From the NCBI GenBank assembly GCA_938084645.1, contig CALKEP010000001.1:64001-128000 (forward strand): a DNA stretch of 64,000 nt, written 5' to 3'. The translations under genes were made by a program, and so were the position numbers. Each line of letters begins with the position of its first letter. Positions within the stretch are counted from its first letter, which is position 1. The DNA is from an uncultured Phycisphaerales bacterium (GTDB lineage Bacteria > Planctomycetota > Phycisphaerae > Phycisphaerales > SM1A02). This document shows, piece after piece, positions 31,010 through 40,372 of this stretch. The notes beneath the pieces are model-generated. The model did not search any database. It worked only from the letters and a program-made list of their open reading frames with translations, and was not told the origin of the DNA.

Positions 31010-32428
31010 TCAGATCACCACGTCGGCGCCGGCGGTGAGCGTCGGGAGCGTTTTGCCCACGAGGTCACCGGGTTCGAGCGCGGTGGTCGGGGCGATCTCG
31101 ATTCGACCGTCGACGGTGCCGTCGTCGCGACGGGGCACGGTCACGCCGGCCGCTTCCAGCCAGCGAGCCGCCCGCTCGATCTGCAGGACACCGCTGCTCG
31201 CCGCGGAATCACCGCCTTCGGCGTTCTTGATCGGGGCGAACTCCTCGGCCCGGTCGGTCTCCAGCACGAGACTGCGGTCGACGAACGCCAGGGCGTCGAA
31301 GACGAACATCTCGAACTTCGTCGCGTTCGGAGCGTCCGGTTCGATGCGGCGGCCCGTGTCGGCATTCCAATGCGGCACTTTCTTGCGGGCGCGATGGAAC
31401 GGCATCGTCCGATCGCCGTCGTCCGCGGCGAGACGCCGGACGAAATCGAGGCCGAGGAGGTGGATGGCGATCGAGCCGGCGAGGAATCGGAGGGCACCGT
31501 CCGCATCCGTCTCGGTCGCGAGCGATTCAGGAAGATCGCTGTATTCGATGACCACGGTCCGGCCGTCGACCTCGCAGAAGACCCCGACCTTCTCCTCGGC
31601 CGAGACCTTCGGCACCATCTTGCTGGACATCTCGCCGGAACTGGAGGGATGGGTGGCGTGGAGTCCGACGAACAGGGGGTCGATCACCTGCACCGTCGGG
31701 TTGTCGACCTGGAAGTAGGAGAGATGGCGGATGCCTCGAGCCGCCGCATGGTCGAGGGCGCCGCTTCGGTGGAGGGCCCGGAGGGATCCACCGTGGCCGT
31801 CGGGGCTGACCGCGAGGACGCCCGGCGCCTCGAGGAGGAGGCGCCCGTCGTCGTCGACCGCGGGCATGACGCCCTGCGGGAAGAACAGCATCGATTCGGG
31901 GCGACGACCGAAGTGGTTGTTGTCCTGGAAGAAGGCTCGGGTGGCCGCATCGTTCAGCGGGCTGGTCATCACGTACCAGGGCGTCTCCACGCCGTACTTG
32001 GCATCCACGGCGTTCAGCTGCTCGGCGAAGATCCGGAAGAGGGGCTTCCCGGTCACCGGGGTCGCGGGAAAGGTCCCCTTCGGTCCGTTCCAGCCGAGCC
32101 GGGTGCCCTGGCCACCCGCCACCGTGAATGCGGCCACCTGGCCGTCGCGGATGATCGCTTCGCCGGCGGCCCGGAAGGCCGCTTCGCCCTCGGGATTGCG
32201 AGGAACGAACGGGGCGGGTTCGATCGATCCCGCCGGCGTGTCGAGACCGGACTCGGACGTCGCGAGTCGCTCGATCTCCTCGAAGTCGATCGCCTCCACC
32301 TGTTCGATGAAGGACTCGAGTCCCGACTCGTCGACCTGCTCGAGCCCGGCCACGAGATGTCCCTGGCCATGTGACTCGAGACGGGCCACGATGGCGTCGA
32401 GGCGTTCGGTGATCGGCGCGCTCTGCAT
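31010..32428 (-). CDS. UDP-N-acetylglucosamine pyrophosphorylase, eukaryote-like (UDPGP type 1/UAP family)
   Basis: AGGQGTRLG..GPKG, SPDGHGG, QVDNP, EKVGV, IEYSDL, KFEMFVFD, EEFAPIKN. Confidence 0.9.
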   Translation of the reverse strand: MQSAPITERLDAIVARLESHGQGHLVAGLEQVDESGLESFIEQVEAIDFEEIERLATSESGLDTPAGSIEPAPFVPRNPEGEAAFRAAGEAIIRDGQVAAFTVAGGQGTRLGWNGPKGTFPATPVTGKPLFRIFAEQLNAVDAKYGVETPWYVMTSPLNDAATRAFFQDNNHFGRRPESMLFFPQGVMPAVDDDGRLLLEAPGVLAVSPDGHGGSLRALHRSGALDHAAARGIRHLSYFQVDNPTVQVIDPLFVGLHATHPSSSGEMSSKMVPKVSAEEKVGVFCEVDGRTVVIEYSDLPESLATETDADGALRFLAGSIAIHLLGLDFVRRLAADDGDRTMPFHRARKKVPHWNADTGRRIEPDAPNATKFEMFVFDALAFVDRSLVLETDRAEEFAPIKNAEGGDSAASSGVLQIERAARWLEAAGVTVPRRDDGTVDGRIEIAPTTALEPGDLVGKTLPTLTAGADVVI

Positions 32429-32460
32429 GATTTCTGGATTCCGTGGTGGCGGATGGAGAG

Positions 32461-33162
32461 TCAGGCGTCGGAGGTTCGAGGTTCCTCGGGCTGGGTCCAG
32501 CCTTCGGATTCGTGTCGGACGATCTTCCCCGTCTCGAGGTAGATCACCTGTTCGCAGACGTTGGTGCAGTGGTCGGCGATCCGCTCGAGCGACTTCGTGA
32601 CGGCGAGGATCCGGAACGCGCCATCCACTGCGAGCGTTCCATCGCTCACGCGGGACTGGGCGTCTCGAAGGATCTCCACCTTGAATCGATCGACGGTGTC
32701 GTCGAAGTCGAGGACCCGCCGGGCGAGGACCGGGTCGCTCTTGCTCAAGGCGCGATTCGCGTCGCGAATCATCCCGAGCACGCTGTTGGCCATGACCCGG
32801 TAGGTGTCGGGAAGATTGCTCGTCGTGCGTCGGGGATCGAGGGTCGCCTCCGCGATCGTGACGGCGCAGTCCCCGATGCGTTCGAATTCGTTGTTGACCT
32901 TGACGATGGTGAGCACCGATCGGATCGAATGCGGATCCCGTTGCCCGAGTGCGAGCAGGGGGATGCACTGCTTCTCGATCTCGATGTCGACGGTGTCCAC
33001 CTTCGCCTCGATCTCCACGACCTCCTCGGCCTTGGCCCGATCGTGATCGAAATAGCAGTCGATCGCCTTGGTGGCCTGTTCGAGGACTCGGACACCCTGC
33101 TGGGTGATCTCCGTGCGGAGGTCGTCGAGTCTGGTCTGGAATGCGTTGCTGGCGTCGCTCAA
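32461..33162 (-). CDS. phoU: Phosphate signalling protein PhoU
   Basis: TTG start with GAGGA RBS; two PhoU repeats (EFERIGD, SLERIADHCTNVCEQVIYLETG). Confidence 0.92.
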   Translation of the reverse strand: MSDASNAFQTRLDDLRTEITQQGVRVLEQATKAIDCYFDHDRAKAEEVVEIEAKVDTVDIEIEKQCIPLLALGQRDPHSIRSVLTIVKVNNEFERIGDCAVTIAEATLDPRRTTSNLPDTYRVMANSVLGMIRDANRALSKSDPVLARRVLDFDDTVDRFKVEILRDAQSRVSDGTLAVDGAFRILAVTKSLERIADHCTNVCEQVIYLETGKIVRHESEGWTQPEEPRTSDA

Positions 33163-33233
33163 GCGTTGATCCTCGTCCCCGGAGTATACGCCTCCGTCCG
33201 CCCCATGCCGGAGCAGGCGGGTAGCATTTCGAC

Positions 33234-33980
33234 ATGATCGAACTCGGCGTGAACATCGACCATGTCGCGACCGTCCGCCAGGCTCGGCGGACCTGGGAGC
33301 CCGACCCCACCTGGGCCGCGGTCGAAGCGCATCTGGGTGGTGCGGCTGGAATCACGATCCACCTCCGGGAGGATCGACGCCACATTCAGGACGACGACGT
33401 CCGGCGACTCAACGAACTGGTCCAGATCAAACTCAACCTCGAAATGGCCGCGACGGACGAGATGGTCGGGATCGCCCTCGAGGTCAGGCCTGAAGTGGTG
33501 ATGCTGGTCCCCGAAGGCCGACACGAGATCACCACCGAGGGAGGCCTCGACGTGGTGGGTGCCCGGGATCGACTCGGCGAGGTCGTGCGGCGGCTGCGTG
33601 ACGATGGCATCCCGGTCTCCGCCTTCATCGACCCCGATCCCGCGCAGGTCGAGGCCGCCGCCGCGTGCGGTTTTTCGATCTGCGAGGTTCACACCGGCCC
33701 CTACGCCCATGCCTTCCACGCGCATGGTCGATCGGCGGAATCGCCACCGGTGGTGGCGGAGCTCGCCGCGGTCGCCAGCGCGGGAGAGGCCATCGTGGCG
33801 GCAGGCATGCGGTTCAACGCCGGACACGCCCTGAACTATGCGAATGTCCAGGCGATCGCCGCGCTCCCGGGGCTCCGCGAGCTGCACATCGGACACTCGA
33901 TCGTGAGCCGATCGATCTTCATCGGGCTGCGTGAGGCGGTTCGAGAGATGCGGAATCTGATCAACGAAGCCGCGTCCTGA
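33234..33980 (+). CDS. pdxJ: Pyridoxine 5'-phosphate synthase
   Basis: [40 protein letters not shown]. Confidence 0.97.
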   Translation: MIELGVNIDHVATVRQARRTWEPDPTWAAVEAHLGGAAGITIHLREDRRHIQDDDVRRLNELVQIKLNLEMAATDEMVGIALEVRPEVVMLVPEGRHEITTEGGLDVVGARDRLGEVVRRLRDDGIPVSAFIDPDPAQVEAAAACGFSICEVHTGPYAHAFHAHGRSAESPPVVAELAAVASAGEAIVAAGMRFNAGHALNYANVQAIAALPGLRELHIGHSIVSRSIFIGLREAVREMRNLINEAAS

Positions 33981-34125
33981 GGGATCGTCCCCGGCGGACT
34001 TCGGAAAACCGGAGCGAAACCACGAATCGCCCGGAAGATCCCGGTGTCTCGTCGATTCTCACGTGGAGTGCCGCGACGTTGGTAGGATCGCGGCGATTGC
34101 AGGACGTGATCGATGGAGGCACACG

Positions 34126-35070
34126 ATGTCCGAACCCAGGCCCGGCGACTTCGCGGGCGTTCATACCGCGCTCGTCACCCCGTTCACCGCGGATGCCTCC
34201 GCGGTGGACCTCGCCGCGCTCGAGGCACAGGTGCTGTTCCAGGCGTCGGGAGGGGTGGCCGGTGTGGTTCCCTGCGGGACGACCGGCGAGACGCCGACGC
34301 TCACCGCGGAGGAGCGGCGGGCCGTCATTCGATCCGTGGTGGCGGCCGCCGGCCCGCTCGGCCTCTCGATCGTGGTGGGGGCCGGTTCCAACTCGACCGT
34401 CTCGGCGATCGAGTACTCGGCGGAGGCCGCGGATCTCGGTGCGACGGCGACCCTGCAGGTGACGCCGTACTACAACCGCCCTTCGCAGGAGGGGCTCTTC
34501 CGTCACTTCTGGTCACTCGCCGATGCCGCCCGGGTGCCGATCGTCCTCTACGACGTGCCGGGTCGGTCGGGGGTCGGACTCGCGCCCGACACCGTGGTGC
34601 GACTCGCGAGCCATGAACGGATCGTCGCGATCAAGGTCGCCAACGGATCGGTCGGATACGTGAGCGAGCTGGTGCAGCGATGCGATCTCGCGATTCTTTC
34701 GGGTGACGATCCCCTCACGCTCCCGATGCAGTCGGTCGGTGCGGTCGGGGCCGTGAGCGTGGTGGGGAACATCGCGCCGGGTGAAGTCGCCCGCCAGGTC
34801 GCGGCGGCGAATCGAGGCGACTTCGCGGCGGCCCGAGCCATCCACGAGCGTCTCTTCGCCCTGTCGAACGGTCTTCTCGGTCTGGATGGGAATCCAGTTC
34901 CGATCAAGGCCGCCATGGCCATCCTCGGCCGGGACACGGGGGTCGTTCGGCCACCGCTCGCGGCCGCCGCCGAGTCCACGCGCGGGGCCATTCTCGAACT
35001 GCTCTCGTCGGCCGGCATCGAGGGGCCCGCCGGCGGCGTGACCGGATCCCGATCGGTGGGCATGCGATGA
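34126..35070 (+). CDS. dapA: 4-hydroxy-tetrahydrodipicolinate synthase
   Basis: ALVTPF, GTTGE, PYYNRP, LYDVPGR, AIK Schiff-base Lys, NPVPIK. Confidence 0.93.
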   Translation: MSEPRPGDFAGVHTALVTPFTADASAVDLAALEAQVLFQASGGVAGVVPCGTTGETPTLTAEERRAVIRSVVAAAGPLGLSIVVGAGSNSTVSAIEYSAEAADLGATATLQVTPYYNRPSQEGLFRHFWSLADAARVPIVLYDVPGRSGVGLAPDTVVRLASHERIVAIKVANGSVGYVSELVQRCDLAILSGDDPLTLPMQSVGAVGAVSVVGNIAPGEVARQVAAANRGDFAAARAIHERLFALSNGLLGLDGNPVPIKAAMAILGRDTGVVRPPLAAAAESTRGAILELLSSAGIEGPAGGVTGSRSVGMR

Positions 35071-35615
35071 GCGACGTGAGCGATCAGCGATACGAGCCGA
35101 GCGGGCTCCCGTACCGGATGGCGGTGCTCTGCTACCTGTGGACGGAGGACGATCGGCTTCTGATGCTTCATCGAAGGAAGCACCCGAATCCCGACATGTA
35201 CTCTCCGATCGGCGGCAAGATGGAGATCTCCGTCGGCGAGACGCCGCATGAGTGCGCCCGTCGCGAGATCCACGAGGAAGCGGGCATCGAGATCCCCGAC
35301 GAGGACATCCGAATGTTCGCGATGGTGGCGGAGAAGGCGTACCAGGGCGAGATGCACTGGCTGCTCTTCTGCTTCGAGGTGACCCGCCGCATCGATCCCG
35401 CGGAACTCCCGCGGACGGAGTTCGACGAAGGGACGCTGGAGTGGGTGCCGGTGGACGAGGTCGACCGGCTGAACATCCCGGAGACCGACCGGAAGGTCCT
35501 CTGGCCGTTGCTCAAGCCACGACGGCACGCGGGTGGCTTCCTGATGGTCGAGATCGATTGTGGCGGAGACGATCTCGTCTCACGGATCGTCGAGGACACC
35601 CGGCCCCTCGATTGA
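35067..35615 (+). CDS. NUDIX hydrolase (MutT-like)
   Basis: GGKMEISVGETPHECARREIHEEAG Nudix box. Confidence 0.88.
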   Translation: MSDVSDQRYEPSGLPYRMAVLCYLWTEDDRLLMLHRRKHPNPDMYSPIGGKMEISVGETPHECARREIHEEAGIEIPDEDIRMFAMVAEKAYQGEMHWLLFCFEVTRRIDPAELPRTEFDEGTLEWVPVDEVDRLNIPETDRKVLWPLLKPRRHAGGFLMVEIDCGGDDLVSRIVEDTRPLD

Positions 35616-35660
35616 ACTCCGGTCCTCCCGACCGAGATCCCCGCGGGCTGGCTCACCGAC

Positions 35661-37049
35661 TCAGGAGATGCCGGCCACGGACGCCGCCTCGTCGGCGATG
35701 GCCGCCGCGGCCGCATCGGTGGGTGCCTCCGCGATGAGACGGATGATCGGCTCGGTGTTGCTGGGGCGGACGTGCACCCACGCGTCGCCGACGTCGACTC
35801 GCACGCCGTCGGCGTCGTCGACCCGGCCGTCCGGCCAGTGCTTCGCGACCTTCTTCAGGATCTTCGGAACGGCGGACTTCCCGCCCACCGACGAGAGATC
35901 CCACTTCCGCTTGATCATGGCGTAGCGGGGGAGCTCGTCGACGATGTCGGCGAGCGGACGACCGTCGCTGGCGAGCAGTTCGAGCACGATGGCCATCGCC
36001 GAGAGGGAGTCCCGGATGAAACAGACCTCGGGGACGATCACCCCACCGTTGCCTTCGCCGCCGATACGACCCTGATGGGCGCGAATGCCCTGCACGACGT
36101 TCGCCTCGCCGACCGCGGTCCGGATCACCCGTCCGCCCTCGAAGCCGGCGCAGACGTCGTCGATCATGCGGCTGGTGGAGAGGTTGGCGGCCACGGGACC
36201 GCCGCCGTGTCGCTGCATCATCCGCATCGCAGCGAGGACCAGAGTCCGTTCCTCGCCGATGTAACGACCATCGCCATCCACGATCGCCAGGCGGTCGGCG
36301 TCCGGATCCTGGGCGAATCCGATCGTCGCGTTCCCGTCGGCGGCGACCGCGGTCGCCAGTTCGGTCAAGTTCGCTTCGGTGGGCTCCGGCGTGTGCGGGA
36401 AGAGCCCCGTCGGTTCACCGTGGAGATGCAGGAGATCGCAGCCGAGGGCTTCGAGGAGCATCCGGCCCGCGGGACCGCCCGATGCCGCCACCGAATCGAG
36501 GACCACGCGGAAACGCTTCGATCGAATCAGATCCACGTCGACGATCGCGAGCACCTTCTCGACGTGGATCCGCGAGCCATCGTCACGATGTCGGATCGTC
36601 CCGCAATCCGCGCCGGCCATGCGATCGAGTCGACTGCCTTCGAAACGCCCGATGATCTCCTCCGCCACCGGCCCCGGGGGGGCCAGGCCGTCCGAGTCGA
36701 GGCACTTGATGCCGTTCCACTCGATCGGGTTGTGGCTCGCGGTGACGTTGATGCCACCATCGCAGTCGAGTTCGCGGATCATCACGCCGACGGTGGGGGT
36801 GGTGCTCACGCCGAGGAGGGTGACCTCGCAGCCGACGCCCGCGAGACCGGCGGCGGCGGCCGAGGCGAGGCACGATCCAGATCGTCGACCGTCGTGGCCG
36901 ACCACCAGTCGCGGCGGACGATCACCGACCGTCTCCCGGAGAAGCGAGCCGAAGGCGCCGGCGTAGCGGGCGACGATCTCGGGCGTCATGGTGGCACCGA
37001 CGATTCCGCGGGCACCGGAGATGGAGAGCATGAGGGGGGCGTCTGGCAC
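35661..37049 (-). CDS. glmM: Phosphoglucosamine mutase / phosphohexomutase
   Basis: TASHNP, DPDADR, GGEGNGG, VRPSNTEP; substrate specificity (GlmM vs PMM) is inferred. Confidence 0.8.
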   Translation of the reverse strand: MPDAPLMLSISGARGIVGATMTPEIVARYAGAFGSLLRETVGDRPPRLVVGHDGRRSGSCLASAAAAGLAGVGCEVTLLGVSTTPTVGVMIRELDCDGGINVTASHNPIEWNGIKCLDSDGLAPPGPVAEEIIGRFEGSRLDRMAGADCGTIRHRDDGSRIHVEKVLAIVDVDLIRSKRFRVVLDSVAASGGPAGRMLLEALGCDLLHLHGEPTGLFPHTPEPTEANLTELATAVAADGNATIGFAQDPDADRLAIVDGDGRYIGEERTLVLAAMRMMQRHGGGPVAANLSTSRMIDDVCAGFEGGRVIRTAVGEANVVQGIRAHQGRIGGEGNGGVIVPEVCFIRDSLSAMAIVLELLASDGRPLADIVDELPRYAMIKRKWDLSSVGGKSAVPKILKKVAKHWPDGRVDDADGVRVDVGDAWVHVRPSNTEPIIRLIAEAPTDAAAAAIADEAASVAGIS

Positions 37050-37146
37050 GGTGGCTCCTGCGGTCGGGGGCGTCGAAGAGGGACGTCGCGAGGATCATCC
37101 CATCCGAGTCGATCGGGTGGAAGGTCCATTGTCCTATACTCGAACC

Positions 37147-37539
37147 ATGTTCGAACTCGAAGTATCGCACCGATTTTCGGCCGCCCACGCGGTCACCGTG
37201 GGTGGGGTCCGGGAGGAGCTTCACGGCCACGACTGGAGGGTCACGGTCACGGTTCGCGGACCCCGTCTGGACGAAGAGGACCTTCTCGTCGATTTTCACG
37301 TGGTGGAGACGTCCCTTCAGGACGTCGTGGCGCCCTTTTCGGGCCGAACGATCAACGGGATTCCGCCGTTCGATCGGCTGCACCCGACCGCGGAACGGAT
37401 CGCGGAGCATGTCGCGTCCCGGATGGCCCCGGCGATCCCCTCGGCGTGTGAAATCGCCTCCGTCGCGGTGGAAGAGGCTCCGGGATGCATCGCCAGGTGG
37501 TTTCCAGCGTCCAGCGGAGCGACCGAGGGCCTCGGCTAG
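37147..37539 (+). CDS. 6-pyruvoyl-tetrahydropterin synthase / QueD-family protein, ExxHGH (PTPS-III-like) variant
   Basis: FSAAH, EELHGH, VDF, PTAERIA, VEE motifs; no Cys before HGH. Confidence 0.85.
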   Translation: MFELEVSHRFSAAHAVTVGGVREELHGHDWRVTVTVRGPRLDEEDLLVDFHVVETSLQDVVAPFSGRTINGIPPFDRLHPTAERIAEHVASRMAPAIPSACEIASVAVEEAPGCIARWFPASSGATEGLG

Positions 37540-37620
37540 AATGTGGCTTCGTCCCTGTCCGAAGTGATTCGGGCCATGATTCCCCAGCCCCTGGACCGAG
37601 TGAAGGCACGGTGAGCCAAG

Positions 37621-39780
37621 ATGACCGAAACCGATCCCCAATCGACGGAGAAAGAGCTGTCGCGGATCGGAATCGAGGTGCCGGATCCCGGTGAGATCGG
37701 CCTCGACGATCCGGCGCGGTTCCTCAATCGGGACATCCAGTGGCTTGAATTCAACCGTCGAGTCCTCTTTCAGGCGATCGATCGACGGACGCCGCTTCTC
37801 GAACGAGTGCGTTTCCTCTCGATCACCTCCCGCAACCTCGATGAGTTCTTCATGAAGCGAATCGGGGGGCTGAAGCGACGCCGCGATCTCCGCCTCGGCG
37901 CACAACACCTCGAGACCCTTCCGCCCGAGCGACAGCTCGACGAGCTGCGGGGCGTGGTGGTCGACCTCATGCAGCTTCAGCGGCGATGCTTCCGGCACGA
38001 TGTGCTTCCCACCCTCGCCGAGGCGGGCATCGAACTTCTCGGGTGGAACGATCTCACCGCCGAGGAGAAGCGGGACGCGGAGTCGTGGTACCGGGCGAAC
38101 ATCTTTCCGATCCTCACCCCGCTCGCGGTCGATCCCGGGCATCGATTTCCATTCATCTCGAATCTCAGCGTCTCGATCGGCGTGATGCTTCGCCGGGCGG
38201 GCGAGACGGAGGAGCTGTTCGCTCGCGTCAAGGTGCCCGAGGTTCCCCGTCGTCTCTACGACCTCGGTGACGGGAGACGCTTCATTCCGGTCCAGGAGCT
38301 CATCGAGCACAATCTCGACGATCTCTTTCCGGGCATGGAGATCCTCCGCATTCTTCCGTTCCGCGTGACGAGGAACGCCGACGTCGAGGAGGAGAGCGAG
38401 GACGCCGAGGATCTGCTCGAGCACATCCAGCAGCAGCTTCGAGAGCGACGCTTCGCAAGCGTGGTCCGGCTCGAGGTGGGCGAGAATCCCGACCCCCGCG
38501 TCCTGAAGCTCATCCTCGACGAGCTGGATCTCGACGAGTCGGACGTCTACGAGACCGATCGTCTCCTCGACTACGGGACGCTCGACGACATCGCCGATCT
38601 CGACGTTCCGGAAATGCGTTTCCAGCCCTGGCGCCCCGCCGTTCCGCGCGGTCTCGAGGGGGATTCCTCGGATCTGCTCGCGGCGATCCGCAGTGGCGAC
38701 ATGGTGGTCCACATGCCCTACGAGTCCTTCGACGCCACCGTCGAACGGTTCGTCGAGCAGGCGGCGGCGGATCCGAGGGTCCTCTGCATCAAGCAGACCC
38801 TGTACCGGACGTCGGGCGACAGCCCGTTCATACCGTCGCTGATCAAGGCGGCGGAGAGCGGGAAGCAGGTCGCGGTGCTCGTCGAGCTGAGAGCCCGCTT
38901 CGACGAGGCTCGGAACATCCACTGGGCCGGGAAACTGGAGGACGCCGGCGTGCACGTCGCCTACGGCGTGGTCGGTCTCAAGACGCACACCAAGACGGTG
39001 CTCGTGGTGCGTCAGGAGGCGGGTGGAATCCGCTGCTACGCCTACATCGGCACGGGCAACTTCAACTCGAAGACCGCGGGCCTCTATGAGGACGTCGGGC
39101 TCTTCACGGCGGATCCCGCGATCACCGAGGATCTGGTCACCCTGTTCAACTACATGACGGGCCGCAGTCGGCAGCGGGAGTACAACAAGCTCCTCGTCGC
39201 GCCCACCACGATGAAGTCGAACTTCCTCGACTACATCGAACGCGAGATCCTGGTGAGCACCGCGGACCGTCCCGGTCGCATCATCTGCAAGATGAACCAG
39301 CTCGAGGACCGCGAGGTCTCCGACGCCCTCTACCGGGCGTCGCAGGCCGGCGTGCAGATCGACTGCATCGTGCGCGGCTTCTGCTGTCTCCGGGCGGGGG
39401 TGCCCGGACTGAGCGAGAACATCCGGATCCACTCGATCATCGGACGTTTCCTCGAGCACAGCCGGATCTTCTGGTTCTCCGGCGGTCGCGAGGATCCCCT
39501 CGACGGCGACTTCATCATCGGCAGCGCCGACTGGATGTACCGGAATCTCCACAATCGGGTGGAGGCGGCGGTGCCGGTGGAGAATCGAGGGCTCCGGGCC
39601 CGACTGTGGGAGATCCTGATGATCAACCTGGAGGACCACCGGCAATCCTGGCAGATGCGTTCCGACGGCACCTACGCCTTGCGGGATGCATCCCAGCTCG
39701 CCGAGGACGATTCCCGCATGGAGGGGACGCACGCGAGGCTGATGGGATTGACGCGGGAACGAACCGATTCGGACGGCTGA
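37621..39780 (+). CDS. ppk1: Polyphosphate kinase 1
   Basis: NRDIQWLEFNRRVL, NLDEFFM, IKQTLYRT, ELRARFDE, KTHTK, GRFLEHSRI, SADWMYRNL. Confidence 0.97.
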   Translation: MTETDPQSTEKELSRIGIEVPDPGEIGLDDPARFLNRDIQWLEFNRRVLFQAIDRRTPLLERVRFLSITSRNLDEFFMKRIGGLKRRRDLRLGAQHLETLPPERQLDELRGVVVDLMQLQRRCFRHDVLPTLAEAGIELLGWNDLTAEEKRDAESWYRANIFPILTPLAVDPGHRFPFISNLSVSIGVMLRRAGETEELFARVKVPEVPRRLYDLGDGRRFIPVQELIEHNLDDLFPGMEILRILPFRVTRNADVEEESEDAEDLLEHIQQQLRERRFASVVRLEVGENPDPRVLKLILDELDLDESDVYETDRLLDYGTLDDIADLDVPEMRFQPWRPAVPRGLEGDSSDLLAAIRSGDMVVHMPYESFDATVERFVEQAAADPRVLCIKQTLYRTSGDSPFIPSLIKAAESGKQVAVLVELRARFDEARNIHWAGKLEDAGVHVAYGVVGLKTHTKTVLVVRQEAGGIRCYAYIGTGNFNSKTAGLYEDVGLFTADPAITEDLVTLFNYMTGRSRQREYNKLLVAPTTMKSNFLDYIEREILVSTADRPGRIICKMNQLEDREVSDALYRASQAGVQIDCIVRGFCCLRAGVPGLSENIRIHSIIGRFLEHSRIFWFSGGREDPLDGDFIIGSADWMYRNLHNRVEAAVPVENRGLRARLWEILMINLEDHRQSWQMRSDGTYALRDASQLAEDDSRMEGTHARLMGLTRERTDSDG

Positions 39781-39790
39781 GGCGGTTCGT

Positions 39791-40372
39791 TCAGAACGCT
39801 TCGAGCCTCGGCATCGCGCTTCCCACCAGTCGAACCGGTCGAGCACGATCACCTTCGATTTCGAGATCGATCATGTCGTCGGGCTCGACGGTGATGTCGA
39901 TGGTGGCTCGGTAGAGACGCCGTCCCTGCTCGTAGTTGAGGGTGAACGGTGCCTGGACGACGCCCGCCTCGTCGGTGGTTCCGACCACGCCGTCGAGCAT
40001 CTCCACGGGCGTGTTCCCCTCGACCGAATACAGCAGCGTCTCGTCGTTCCGGTTCCAGGTGATGGTCACGATCTCGCCGTTCTGGGTGCGGAACTCGATG
40101 AAGTCGCTCTGGATCGTCGCGACCCGTGGATCGGCGGGGAAGGGGCCGAAGTCCGTTCCGGTGCGGATCAGGGTGAGCATGCGATGCATGACGATGCGGC
40201 CGATCGACTGCGTCGAGACCTCCTCGGTGGTCGCCTGGTAGGCGCGGAAGCTCGCGTCGAGCGCCGCCAGGGTGGCGGTGAGCAGCGTCGCGGTGATCGC
40301 GAGCGCTATGAGGACCTCCACGAGATTGAACCCGCGGCGTCGAACGCGTTGACGTCGATCGATGGTGTTCAC
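39791..40372 (-). CDS. Minor pilin (PilW/MshO-like)
   Basis: GTG start overlapping the upstream stop; RRRG|FNLVEVLIALAITATLL. Confidence 0.85.
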   Translation of the reverse strand: MNTIDRRQRVRRRGFNLVEVLIALAITATLLTATLAALDASFRAYQATTEEVSTQSIGRIVMHRMLTLIRTGTDFGPFPADPRVATIQSDFIEFRTQNGEIVTITWNRNDETLLYSVEGNTPVEMLDGVVGTTDEAGVVQAPFTLNYEQGRRLYRATIDITVEPDDMIDLEIEGDRARPVRLVGSAMPRLEAF

